Source: a bacterium (GTDB lineage Bacteria > Zhuqueibacterota > QNDG01 > JAGLOF01). From it: a DNA stretch of 64,000 nucleotides. Position 1 is the first letter of the stretch, and the number at the start of each line of letters is the position of its first letter. Where the stretch lies: positions 11,211 through 75,210 of the forward strand of contig JAFGRY010000051.1 of NCBI GenBank assembly GCA_016934955.1. The letters are read 5' to 3'. The notes under the pieces were generated by a model. The model did no database searches. It worked only from the letters and a program-made list of their open reading frames with translations, and was not told where the DNA came from. A program made the position numbers and the translations under genes. Positions 46,225 to 55,228 of the stretch are shown piece after piece.

Positions 46225-46920
46225 TCAGCGCGACCGATAAAACCTGTACCGCTTCTCCTTTGTTTCCAAATTCAAGTCTTTAAGCATTGACCGGACTTTG
46301 AACCAGCCTATCTTATTGAATCCGTATTCTTCCGTGTTCAGCTGTTGCTGAATCAGCCGGGTGCTCCCAAGCGGATTATCGATAACGATCCGTTTAATCT
46401 TCTCGACGATGGGCACTTCCTGCGTATCGATAGCAATCGAGTATTTTCGCAGGTTTGCCCGTCCGGGCGCCGCGTTCCCGGAGGCGGGAGATGCATCGCC
46501 GCCGGATCCCTGCAGATCGACCGCCTGTTGAAGGGGTTTCGATTCCGAGAGGTTGATGCCCCTGAGTATATCAAATTCATCGATCGCTTCTTCAACGGTA
46601 TCATAGTAGTTGAGGATGCGATTGAACTCAAGCATCTCAAACACCTCGAACACTTCAGCCGTCATCTGTACGATCTTCAGATCACCGCCTTTTTCGAGGA
46701 TATTCTTGATCTCGCCCATAAACACGCCCCAGCCGGCACTGCTGATGTAGGAAACACCGCCGAGATCCGCAACAATCTGGTAATGCTTCTTCTTGATAAG
46801 CTCCTGTATCGTTCGGGTCAGCTCTTTACTCGTTGTCGTATCGATATACCCGACAATCGACAGCAGCGTTATATCTCCGTGTGCCCCGACCCTGTTCAAT
46901 GAAAGTTTGATTCCCTGCAT
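46225..46920 (-). CDS. STAS-domain protein (anti-sigma-factor-antagonist fold) with an uncharacterised basic C-terminal extension
   Basis: The N-terminal roughly 110 aa match SpoIIAA/STAS by eye (IVADLGGVSYISSAGWGVFMGEI, LKIVQMTAEVFEVFEMLEF). A Gly/Ala/Ser linker follows. The last roughly 70 aa end in KEKRYRFYRSR and I recognised no family for them. Confidence 0.65.
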   Translation of the reverse strand: MQGIKLSLNRVGAHGDITLLSIVGYIDTTTSKELTRTIQELIKKKHYQIVADLGGVSYISSAGWGVFMGEIKNILEKGGDLKIVQMTAEVFEVFEMLEFNRILNYYDTVEEAIDEFDILRGINLSESKPLQQAVDLQGSGGDASPASGNAAPGRANLRKYSIAIDTQEVPIVEKIKRIVIDNPLGSTRLIQQQLNTEEYGFNKIGWFKVRSMLKDLNLETKEKRYRFYRSR

Positions 46921-46929
46921 GCAGTATCT

Positions 46930-48414
46930 CTACGCTTGTCTCAGATCAGCTTTTACTATGCATTGTGCATACTCTACAATGAATGCTTCCGCAATCGACT
47001 GCCATGAACGGGCGGCTGTCATACAGCTTTTCACCAGCTCCTTACGGCCCTTTTCATCCTTAAGATAACGGACCGCCGCCTTCACCGCCTTCACCAGGTT
47101 ATCGCTCTTCAGCGCTTCGATAATAAACGAATTCCCGGATCCGCCCGCTGAAGAAACCGGTGCCAGAACATCGCGAAACGCACCGGTGACATACACAATG
47201 GGGATGACCCCGTACGCCATGGCCCGAAATACCGCCAACCCCGCTTCAGGATAATTCGAAATCGAGAGAATCAGGTCCGATCCTGAAAATGCCCCGTGCA
47301 GCAGTCGTTCATCCCGGCCATCGATAAGCCCGATCCTTCCGCTCTGCTTTTTCTGAAGTCTTTTCAGCTCCTGCAGCCAGCGCTCATCCCGATAGATAAA
47401 AAGCAGATTCACCCCCGCCTTGAGCAGCGCCTCGGCGGTATCGAGAACGAGCCGGAAAAACCCCGTATTGTTGACCTCCTGCTGAATCAGTACCAGCGGA
47501 TGATCAGCATGATCCTGAAGCGAAAGGGATTCGATGAGCGCCTCTCGGTTCACCGTTCTTCCGGCCGGGTTCTTCACGGAAAAACATTCCTGAACCAGCT
47601 GGTCGTTTTCGGGATTCCAGTGATCGGACACAGCGCCCGGCGGAATAACCGTGCAGGCGGCGGGTGAAGCGGACAAAGCAGGTGCTTTCCTCTTTTTACC
47701 GGCGGTGAGTGTTTCGACGATGACGTCACTCACCGTATTGATCGTATCAGAGAATGCCATGCCGGCCTGCAGAAAACTGAACCGGTTGTTCTTAACCAGC
47801 TCCATGACCTCGCCGGCCGCATCACCCAGCGCCATGCTGCTGATGCAGGCCGCATCGAACGTGCCGTCTTCACCGAGATCATGCACCGTAAACATGGACG
47901 ACATATCCCGGAAAAACGCATCGTCCCGGTAACAGGTCTTCAGATACAGGGGCACTGTTCCGGACTGCCAGCCGTTACAGTGAATGACGTCCGGCTGCCA
48001 CTGCAGTTTCTTCAGCGTTTCGAGCACACCGCGGCTGAAAAGGATAAACCGTTTGTCGTTGTCCGGAAACGGATTGCCGCTTTCATGGTGTCGATAAATG
48101 CCCTTCCTGTTAAAGAACGGTTTATAATCGATAAAATAGACCTGTACCCGGGAATCCGGCATAAAGGCGGATTTCACGTTAATGGTGATGCTTCGATTCC
48201 CGAAAGGCACTTCGATATTCTGCAGCCGGATCACATCCCGTAAAATATATTTACGCTCGTTGATCACCCGGTATTGGGGGACGATCAGCCGAACATCATG
48301 TCCCATGTTCTTAAGCAGCCTCGGCAGCGTCCCGCCGATCTCCGCAATGTCACCCGTCTGAACAAAGGGAGCAATTTCGGGATAGACCATGAGAATATTG
48401 AGCTGCTTATTCAT
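46930..48414 (-). CDS. glgA: Glycogen/starch synthase-like GT5 protein (divergent nucleotide-sugar motifs)
   Basis: It has a GlgA-like N-terminus (LNILMVYPEIAPFVQTGDIAEIGGTLPRLLKNMGHDVRLIVPQY) and a matching overall length. The canonical KTGGL motif reads QTGDI. Confidence 0.7.
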   Translation of the reverse strand: MNKQLNILMVYPEIAPFVQTGDIAEIGGTLPRLLKNMGHDVRLIVPQYRVINERKYILRDVIRLQNIEVPFGNRSITINVKSAFMPDSRVQVYFIDYKPFFNRKGIYRHHESGNPFPDNDKRFILFSRGVLETLKKLQWQPDVIHCNGWQSGTVPLYLKTCYRDDAFFRDMSSMFTVHDLGEDGTFDAACISSMALGDAAGEVMELVKNNRFSFLQAGMAFSDTINTVSDVIVETLTAGKKRKAPALSASPAACTVIPPGAVSDHWNPENDQLVQECFSVKNPAGRTVNREALIESLSLQDHADHPLVLIQQEVNNTGFFRLVLDTAEALLKAGVNLLFIYRDERWLQELKRLQKKQSGRIGLIDGRDERLLHGAFSGSDLILSISNYPEAGLAVFRAMAYGVIPIVYVTGAFRDVLAPVSSAGGSGNSFIIEALKSDNLVKAVKAAVRYLKDEKGRKELVKSCMTAARSWQSIAEAFIVEYAQCIVKADLRQA

Positions 48415-48519
48415 AACGCATCCTTACGATGCCGCAATTCCGAGAAGCCTCTGTACGGAAGAGAGCCCGCCGCCGCACTGAAATGATAGCACGATTGGTG
48501 ATGGTCCGAACCGGATCGG

Positions 48520-49341
48520 TTACTGAGCGATCTGATTCAAATACTGTCGCGCTAAACTGACCTTCGGATGGGAGGGATAATTATCGATGAACTTCTGCAA
48601 TTCCAGTCGCGCCCGTTCCAGGTTCTTCATCCGCATATAGCAGATCCCCAGTTTGAGCTGTGCATCGGCTTCTTTATTGGAATTGTAAAAAGTAAACACC
48701 TTTTCAAACGCCACCGCAGCCTGCTGATAATCACCCAGGGAATCGTAACATTCACCGATCCAGTACTGACAGTTGTCCGACAGCGAGTGTGTCATATTCT
48801 CACTGAGCAGCTCCTCAAACATTTGAATGGCGGTACGGTAATCTCTCTCCTCTCTCGCTTTCGACAGTGCCGCCTGATAGCGGTCCTGGAACGTCCCCCG
48901 GTTATAGGCTGGATAGGTTGCGGCCGGCGGCACCGTCTCTTCTGCGGCGCGATTCTGCTCCGCAGCCGTGCGGGTCTGCTCCGTCGCCGCGTTGTCAACG
49001 CGGGTGTCGACCGCGGTTTCATTTTTCCGCACTGTTGTCTTGGGTTTTTCCGTCACGGGTTTTTGTTCGGCAACGGTTTTATTTTCAGTGACACCCAGCA
49101 GTTTCAGGACGTCATCTTCGGCAATCGTATCCTGCGTTTTTTTCTCCTCGTTCCCGGCATTTTCAGTTTTGTCAGATGTATCGTTCGTCAATCCGAGAAG
49201 GGCATCGATATCTTCAACATCGCCTGCGGGCTCTTCCTCATAAACAGCCTGGCCCGAGCTGCTGCAGCCCGTGACAGCAAGCAATCCCGCCACCAGCAGA
49301 ACAACCGGCACTGCAAGCATAGTTTTGGTAAGCTGTTTCAT
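48520..49341 (-). CDS. TPR-repeat lipoprotein, YbgF/CpoB-like C-terminal domain
   Basis: The signal peptide has a lipobox (LLAVTGC). An acidic, Thr-rich low-complexity linker is followed by C-terminal TPRs (CQYWIGECYDSLGDYQQAAVAFEKV, ADAQLKLGICYMRMKNLERA, YPSHPKVSLA). Confidence 0.65.
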   Translation of the reverse strand: MKQLTKTMLAVPVVLLVAGLLAVTGCSSSGQAVYEEEPAGDVEDIDALLGLTNDTSDKTENAGNEEKKTQDTIAEDDVLKLLGVTENKTVAEQKPVTEKPKTTVRKNETAVDTRVDNAATEQTRTAAEQNRAAEETVPPAATYPAYNRGTFQDRYQAALSKAREERDYRTAIQMFEELLSENMTHSLSDNCQYWIGECYDSLGDYQQAAVAFEKVFTFYNSNKEADAQLKLGICYMRMKNLERARLELQKFIDNYPSHPKVSLARQYLNQIAQ

Positions 49342-49402
49342 GGTCATCCCCTCATTTAAACATACATCTAATTTCATAATTTATTAAAAAACTAAAACAA
49401 AA

Positions 49403-50209
49403 TCAAGCCTTTTTAAGTGAAGTCCGGCCCAGCACCAGATAGAGCAGCAGGCCCGTCACGACCATGAGAAACGATATCGCCTGATTGACCGTCAATGAAA
49501 CACCGAAAAACGGGAACATGACCGACGCCTCGTAATATCTCACGAAATCGATCAGGAACCGCGCGGTCCCGTAGAGCATGAGGAACAGTGCCAGCACGGC
49601 GCCGTCGAACCGCTGCTTTCGATCAAAGAAATAGAGTATGAGCGCGATGCCCAGCCCGTAGAGAGACGCATATAACTGGGTGGGATGCAGCGGTGCACCC
49701 TGCTGCACGTATCCGGCGGGACTGTTGAGCGGAAACCGCACCGCCCAGGGCAGGCTGCAGGTCTTTCCGAAACAGCACCCGTTGAGGAAACAGCCGATTC
49801 TCGTCAGAAAAATACCGGCGGCGAACGAGGGGGTAAAAATATCACCGAGTTTCAGGATGCTGATTTTCTTGACGAAGCAGTACACGGCGATGACAATGAC
49901 CGAAAGCACAACCCCCCCCAGCATCGAAAGCCCGGCAATGCCGATTTCACCGGTGCTTTGAAAAGGATTGATCGTATCGAGCCATCTGCCCTGAAACTCT
50001 TCAAGATGAGTGACCACGTAAAGAAGTCTCGACCCCAGAATGGCGGAAATCACCACCAGCAGCGAAAGGTCCATAATGTCATTTCTGTCGATCCCTTTCC
50101 GGTCCGACCGCCTCATGGCCCAGTAGATGCCCACGAGAAAGGAAATGGCGAGCATTAATCCGTATGCGTGAATTTCGAAACGGCCCAATTTCAATAGAAC
50201 AGGATACAT
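49403..50209 (-). CDS. lgt: Prolipoprotein diacylglyceryl transferase
   Basis: It has MYPVLLKLGRFEIHAYGLMLAISFLVGIYWA, GSRLLYV and HPTQLYASLYG. Confidence 0.9.
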   Translation of the reverse strand: MYPVLLKLGRFEIHAYGLMLAISFLVGIYWAMRRSDRKGIDRNDIMDLSLLVVISAILGSRLLYVVTHLEEFQGRWLDTINPFQSTGEIGIAGLSMLGGVVLSVIVIAVYCFVKKISILKLGDIFTPSFAAGIFLTRIGCFLNGCCFGKTCSLPWAVRFPLNSPAGYVQQGAPLHPTQLYASLYGLGIALILYFFDRKQRFDGAVLALFLMLYGTARFLIDFVRYYEASVMFPFFGVSLTVNQAISFLMVVTGLLLYLVLGRTSLKKA

Positions 50210-50241
50210 ATGTCGCTCCCTCAGTAATGTGCTGCGGTCAA

Positions 50242-51924
50242 TTAATGTTTAAAATGTCTCAGGCCGGTGAGCGCCATGGCGACGCCAAGTTCATCACAGG
50301 CGGCAATGGAATCCCCGTCCCGCCTGGATCCTCCGGGCTGCACAATATAGCGAATTCCGAACGAGGCCGCTTCTCTCACCGTATCGTCAAACGGGAAAAA
50401 TGCATCAGATGCCATGACCATGGCCGCCATCTGCTCTGCGATGTACTGCTCAGCCGGCACGGTGATTTTTTTTCGCTCATATTCAATCATCACATTTTCC
50501 CTGGCTTTTGTCACCGCCAGCTTACGGAGAGAATCCACCCTGTTGGGCTGACCCGCGCCCATACCCATTACCTGGAAAACACCCGGACGGTACGCTCTGG
50601 CGAGCACAATCGCATTCGATTTCGTGTGCTTGCAGGCTTTGCAGGCAAAAAGGGCGAGTGCTTCACCGTTTTTGCCGAACTGCTTTTCTGTGACGACGTT
50701 GAAAAAATCGAACACGCGCAGATCCCGCTCCATTTCAAGCAGTCCACCGGTAATTTTCCGATAGGTAAACCGGTCGGGAGTGCCGGTCCTGTCAAGCGGG
50801 CCGGTTTTCAGCAAGCGTATGTTCTTCACGGCGGTAAGCAATTCCAGGGCATCATCAGTAAAGTCGGGAGCGACGATCACTTCGACAAATTTGCCGGGAA
50901 CCTGCTGCGGCACCAGCGCACCGTCCCGGTAGACATAACTGGTATGCTCCCGGTCGCTCCCCTTCAGAAACCCGGCGAATTCATGGTCAACGACGGTATT
51001 GGCGGCGATTACCGAACCGAACGCAGACACCGGATCCCCCTCCCACGCCCGCTCAAGCGCCTCGGCGCCACTCTTTCCGGTGGCGAATCCGCACGGATTG
51101 GTATGTTTGATCACCGCCACACCCGGACCACCGTCGAGCTCCTTCACCGCCTCAAAGGCCGCATCGGCGTCTACGTAGTTATTGTAGGACATCGCTTTGC
51201 CATGGATCACTTCCGCTGCGGCGACACTGGGCTCGGATACCGCCGGATCTCTGAAAAAGGATCCCGCCTGATGGCTGTTCTCCCCGTATCTCAGCGTTCT
51301 GCCCGTGGTGTACGCGAGCCGGCGCACCGGCTCACCGGCAAGGACCCGGGAAAGATAGGTGTCGATCGCCGCGTCATAGTCGGCGGTTCTGCGAAACGCC
51401 TTGACTGCCAGCCGCTGCCTCAGCTCCAGACTCGTGCCGCCGTTCTCCTTGATCTCTTCCAGAACGGCATCATAGTCATCCGGATCGGAGACGACTGTCA
51501 CCGAGCGAAAATTCTTGGCGCTGCTTCGCAGCATCGAAGGACCGCCGATGTCGATTTGTTCAACCGCCTCCTCCAGGCTGACATCAGGGGCGGCAACAGT
51601 CCGCTCAAAGGGGTAGAGGTTCACCGCGACGATGTCTATCCATTCGATTCCCTGGACCTCGGCTTCCCTGCGGTCCCCTTCATGCTCCCGGCGTCCCAGC
51701 AGCGCACCGTGAATCGCGGGATGGAGCGTTTTAACCCGGCCGCCCATCATCTCCGGGAAGCCGGTTACGGACTCAACCGGCACAACCGCAATCCCGTTTT
51801 CCTGCAGCAGCCGGGCGGTGCCGCCGGTGGAAAGAATCTCATATCCCAGGGAAGCGAGCTCCCCGGCAAAGGCCACGATACCGGTTTTATTTGAAACGCT
51901 TAAAAGAGCACGTCCTTTTTTCAA
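50242..51924 (-). CDS. purH: Bifunctional AICAR transformylase / IMP cyclohydrolase
   Basis: It has RALLSVSNKTGIVAFAGELASLGYEILSTGGTARLL and GGRVKTLHPAIHGALL, with a full-length AICARFT domain. It starts at a TTG preceded by AGGAGGAG. Confidence 0.92.
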   Translation of the reverse strand: MKKGRALLSVSNKTGIVAFAGELASLGYEILSTGGTARLLQENGIAVVPVESVTGFPEMMGGRVKTLHPAIHGALLGRREHEGDRREAEVQGIEWIDIVAVNLYPFERTVAAPDVSLEEAVEQIDIGGPSMLRSSAKNFRSVTVVSDPDDYDAVLEEIKENGGTSLELRQRLAVKAFRRTADYDAAIDTYLSRVLAGEPVRRLAYTTGRTLRYGENSHQAGSFFRDPAVSEPSVAAAEVIHGKAMSYNNYVDADAAFEAVKELDGGPGVAVIKHTNPCGFATGKSGAEALERAWEGDPVSAFGSVIAANTVVDHEFAGFLKGSDREHTSYVYRDGALVPQQVPGKFVEVIVAPDFTDDALELLTAVKNIRLLKTGPLDRTGTPDRFTYRKITGGLLEMERDLRVFDFFNVVTEKQFGKNGEALALFACKACKHTKSNAIVLARAYRPGVFQVMGMGAGQPNRVDSLRKLAVTKARENVMIEYERKKITVPAEQYIAEQMAAMVMASDAFFPFDDTVREAASFGIRYIVQPGGSRRDGDSIAACDELGVAMALTGLRHFKH

Positions 51925-51966
51925 AACTCCTCCTTACATCTCTTCTCTCAGACGGTAACACTGAAG

Positions 51967-52608
51967 TTACGATTTTTCAGGGAGAATTTCAACCCTATTG
52001 TTCGAAATCCGGACCCTGCCGTCGGCAAAACAGGCAAGAACCGCGGGGTAGAGCCTGTGCTCCACTTCCAGCACCCGCTTCGCCAGTACCTCCGGTGTAT
52101 CCCCGCTCAGCACCGGAACACATTCCTGGGCGATGACCGGACCGTGATCATAGTGCTCGTCAACCAGATGGATGGTCACTCCCGTCACTTTGCAGCCGTA
52201 ATCGAGCACGGCTTCGTGCACATGACGGCCGTACATGCCCCTTCCGCCGAATGCCGGTAGCAGCCCGGGGTGAATATTCGTTATCCGCTGCGCATAGAGC
52301 GAGATCAGTTCCGGCGGAATTTTTTTCATATACCCTGCCAGCGCGATGAAATCGATATCATGCTCATGCATGAGAGCGATCAGCCGGGTAACATAGGCCT
52401 CACGCCGGTCGAACTCCTTTCGGCACACCGCCGCCACGGGAATGCCAAAGGACTCCGCGACGGCAATGGCTCCCGCCTCCGGATCGCTGACGACAAGCAG
52501 CCCGATATCCGCTTTGAGCGTACCTCGATCGGCGGCTTCGGCGATCGCTGTAAAGTTCGAGCCCCTGCCGGAGGCGAAAACGGCGATTCTGAGCCGCTTC
52601 ACACTCAA
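51967..52608 (-). CDS. purN: Phosphoribosylglycinamide formyltransferase
   Basis: It has RIAVFASGRGSNFTAI, NIHPGLLPAFGG and GVTIHLVDEHYDHGPVIAQ. Confidence 0.9.
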   Translation of the reverse strand: MSVKRLRIAVFASGRGSNFTAIAEAADRGTLKADIGLLVVSDPEAGAIAVAESFGIPVAAVCRKEFDRREAYVTRLIALMHEHDIDFIALAGYMKKIPPELISLYAQRITNIHPGLLPAFGGRGMYGRHVHEAVLDYGCKVTGVTIHLVDEHYDHGPVIAQECVPVLSGDTPEVLAKRVLEVEHRLYPAVLACFADGRVRISNNRVEILPEKS

Positions 52609-53891
52609 TACCTCCCCTGGAGGACATCGTAATGCGGTGTCGTCAGGTAGTACTCGCCGAATCCCTGGTCATCGACAAAGATGAACTCCCGGTTGATGCT
52701 CCTGTAGTACCAGATCTCATAGGGTTTTGAATCGGGCTCAAAAGGATGCCGGTCAACCGCGTCCGGCGCACCCAGAATGATATACACTCTCCCCCGGTCC
52801 GTTTTCCAGCCGGCGGTAAATTTTCCAAAGACCCGGTTGGCAAAGTCGACCCGGCGATAGTACTCCTCCATGAGTTCGTTGGCAGGTGTGGTCGGAGTGG
52901 GATCCCTGTCGGCCCAGAACTCGAAGAATTGTTTTTTCCGTTCGTCCGTCGATACATCTTTGAAGACGCGTATCTCCTCAGCTGCGGCGATATAGGAAAG
53001 CTGATCGATCGCATCGTCGAGGCTGGTGGAAAGCGCGGGCATTCCCCGGTAATGGAGCGTAAAGGAGCGGACACGTTCGACTTTATTCCGCCGTCTGCCT
53101 GATTCGACGATGAACTTGTACTGTCCGTTCATCGATTCACTGTCCATGAGAAATGTTCTCACCGTCCGGAAACCGGTCAGGGGCACGGTTTCCTCATTCT
53201 CAAACACGGTCTTGTCGGCCGCGTCGACGATCCGGTAAACAAGATCAAGGGATTCCTGCTGCTGATAGGCATACACTTCGAATTCCAGCTCATGCTGCTT
53301 CTCCTCCTTCTCGAGGATGCTGGAGACCGCGAACCGGTCGTCACCCGACCCGGAAACCGCACCGGGCACCCGGAAACGAAGGCTGCTCAGAGAAAACGGG
53401 CCCTTAAAATAATCGGGAACGCGGATGTTGACGGTACGATAGGCCGTCTTGGCAAGATCGATGTCGAGCACCGATATCTCCACTGTATAGTCTCCGGGCT
53501 CCACTGTAAAAACAAGCCAGGTGGTATCGAACTGAAAATTCGAAGTGGTCTTGGTATACGTTTTCGTCGATACTTTTTTCCGGATGGTTCTGACCCCGGT
53601 CTGAACCTGCTTCGCATTGAATACCGACACCGACAGCTCATAGCGCGCTTCGTAGAGCGAATCATTTTTGACAAACTGCAGCCGGTCATAGGCGATCTGC
53701 GCGCCCACATGCAGCTCGATGGTCACTGAATCCGCACCCAGACGGGACGCGGTGGTCGTGAAAAACCACGGCAGCGGTCCCGTATCGTCATATGCGGTCC
53801 GTTCCGGGAGCTGTGCATACAGGCCTGATATCGACAGCAGGAGGCCTGCCAGTACCGATACTGCTCCCATCCATTTCGTTTTCTTTGTCAT
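52605..53891 (-). CDS. GWxTD domain-containing secreted protein
   Basis: It has a signal peptide and the C-terminal block FFEFWADRDPTPTTPANELMEEYYRRVDFANRVFGKFTAGWKTDRGRVYIILGAPD, which contains GWKTD. It overlaps both neighbours by 4 nt. Confidence 0.8.
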   Translation of the reverse strand: MTKKTKWMGAVSVLAGLLLSISGLYAQLPERTAYDDTGPLPWFFTTTASRLGADSVTIELHVGAQIAYDRLQFVKNDSLYEARYELSVSVFNAKQVQTGVRTIRKKVSTKTYTKTTSNFQFDTTWLVFTVEPGDYTVEISVLDIDLAKTAYRTVNIRVPDYFKGPFSLSSLRFRVPGAVSGSGDDRFAVSSILEKEEKQHELEFEVYAYQQQESLDLVYRIVDAADKTVFENEETVPLTGFRTVRTFLMDSESMNGQYKFIVESGRRRNKVERVRSFTLHYRGMPALSTSLDDAIDQLSYIAAAEEIRVFKDVSTDERKKQFFEFWADRDPTPTTPANELMEEYYRRVDFANRVFGKFTAGWKTDRGRVYIILGAPDAVDRHPFEPDSKPYEIWYYRSINREFIFVDDQGFGEYYLTTPHYDVLQGRY

Positions 53892-55228
53892 GATACACTA
53901 TCCTCCTTTACGGCTGTACCGGTCATATCATAGTAGCTGTACCCCGTAATCTTCACCCGAATGATCTCGCCCGGGGTATGGGCGCCGTCGATCCATACCG
54001 TCTGATCGACCTCCGGGGCATCTCCTCTTGTTCTTCCGTAATACAGCTGCTGACTGCTGTCGTATCCGTCGACGATAACCTCCTGCAGACTGCCTGCCAT
54101 CTCCGCATTTAAACTCTCTGAGATGCGCTGCTGTTCCGACATCAGCCTGCGGTGGCGCGAGAGCGCCGTCCTCCTGGGAACCTGATCCTCAAAGCTGAAG
54201 GCGGGGGTGCCTTCTTCCCGGGAAAACACAAAGGCCCCCAGGCGATTGAATCTGAAATCTTTGACAAATGCAAGCAGTTCATTGAAATCCGACGCCCGCT
54301 CACCGGGGAATCCGACGATACAGGTCGTTCTGATCACGATATCGGGCAGAACAGCCCTCATCTTCCGCAGCAGTGCTGTGATATCCGCTCTCCTCTCCCT
54401 TCTCCCCATCCGTCGCAGCACCCGATCCGCGATATGCTGGAGCGGAATGTCGGCATAGGCGCAGATTTTTTCTTCCGCTGCCATGATCTCCAGCAGATCG
54501 TCACTGACCGAACCGGGATACAGATACATGATCCGAATCCAGTCGATTCCGTCTATCCGGACAAGCATGTTCAGCAGACCGCTGAGAGTGGGGCCTCCGG
54601 GAAGATCCCGGCCGTAGGCGGCGGTGTCCTGGCCGATCAGAATCAGTTCCCGGGCACCTGCCGCGGCAAGCGCCTCACTCTCCTCAACCAGCGACTCGGG
54701 TGTGCGGCTCCTGAATGCGCCTTTGATTCCCGGAATCGCACAGAACGTACAGCGATGGTCGCATCCATCCGCGATTTTCAGGTATGCCGTGTGCGCCGGA
54801 CCGAACCGGTGGCGTCTGACATAGGCGTCCGGCGACCAGTGAATGGTTTCTCCGGACAGATACCGTCCCATCTCCTGAAACGCCTCGATGCCGAAATAGG
54901 CATCCACTTCCGGGATTTCCCGCTGCAGGTCTTCCCGGTAGCGCTGGGAAAGACATCCCCAGACGACGACCTTCTTGCCCGGATCCTCTTCTTTGAGCCT
55001 GACCGCTTCCAGGATCGTATTGATAGATTCCTGTTTGGCATCCTCGATAAAGCCGCAGGTATTGACAACCACGACGTCCGCATCGGCCGGATCGTCGATG
55101 ATCCGCAGCCGCCGGCCCTTGAGCAGTCCCGCCAGCACTTCGGAATCGACTTCATTTTTCGAACATCCCAGGGTGATAAACGCGGCTTTTCGACATTGCC
55201 GCGGGGACGACGGTGTGTTCTCACTCAC
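53888..55228 (-). CDS. rimO: Ribosomal protein S12 methylthiotransferase (radical SAM MTTase with TRAM domain)
   Basis: It has FITLGCSKNEVDSE, VNTCGFIEDAKQESI, the radical SAM cluster motif CDHRCTFCAIP and a C-terminal TRAM domain. The start is placed at the GTG at 55228, overlapping the ftsY stop by 8 nt. The ORF-track start at 55363 lies inside ftsY. Confidence 0.82.
   Translation of the reverse strand: MSENTPSSPRQCRKAAFITLGCSKNEVDSEVLAGLLKGRRLRIIDDPADADVVVVNTCGFIEDAKQESINTILEAVRLKEEDPGKKVVVWGCLSQRYREDLQREIPEVDAYFGIEAFQEMGRYLSGETIHWSPDAYVRRHRFGPAHTAYLKIADGCDHRCTFCAIPGIKGAFRSRTPESLVEESEALAAAGARELILIGQDTAAYGRDLPGGPTLSGLLNMLVRIDGIDWIRIMYLYPGSVSDDLLEIMAAEEKICAYADIPLQHIADRVLRRMGRRERRADITALLRKMRAVLPDIVIRTTCIVGFPGERASDFNELLAFVKDFRFNRLGAFVFSREEGTPAFSFEDQVPRRTALSRHRRLMSEQQRISESLNAEMAGSLQEVIVDGYDSSQQLYYGRTRGDAPEVDQTVWIDGAHTPGEIIRVKITGYSYYDMTGTAVKEDSVS

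Noticed and set aside
50164-51894. A 576-aa plus-strand ORF antisense to purH.
   Set aside because: purH is unambiguous on the minus strand, and the antisense translation is low-complexity with no motifs. It is a shadow ORF.
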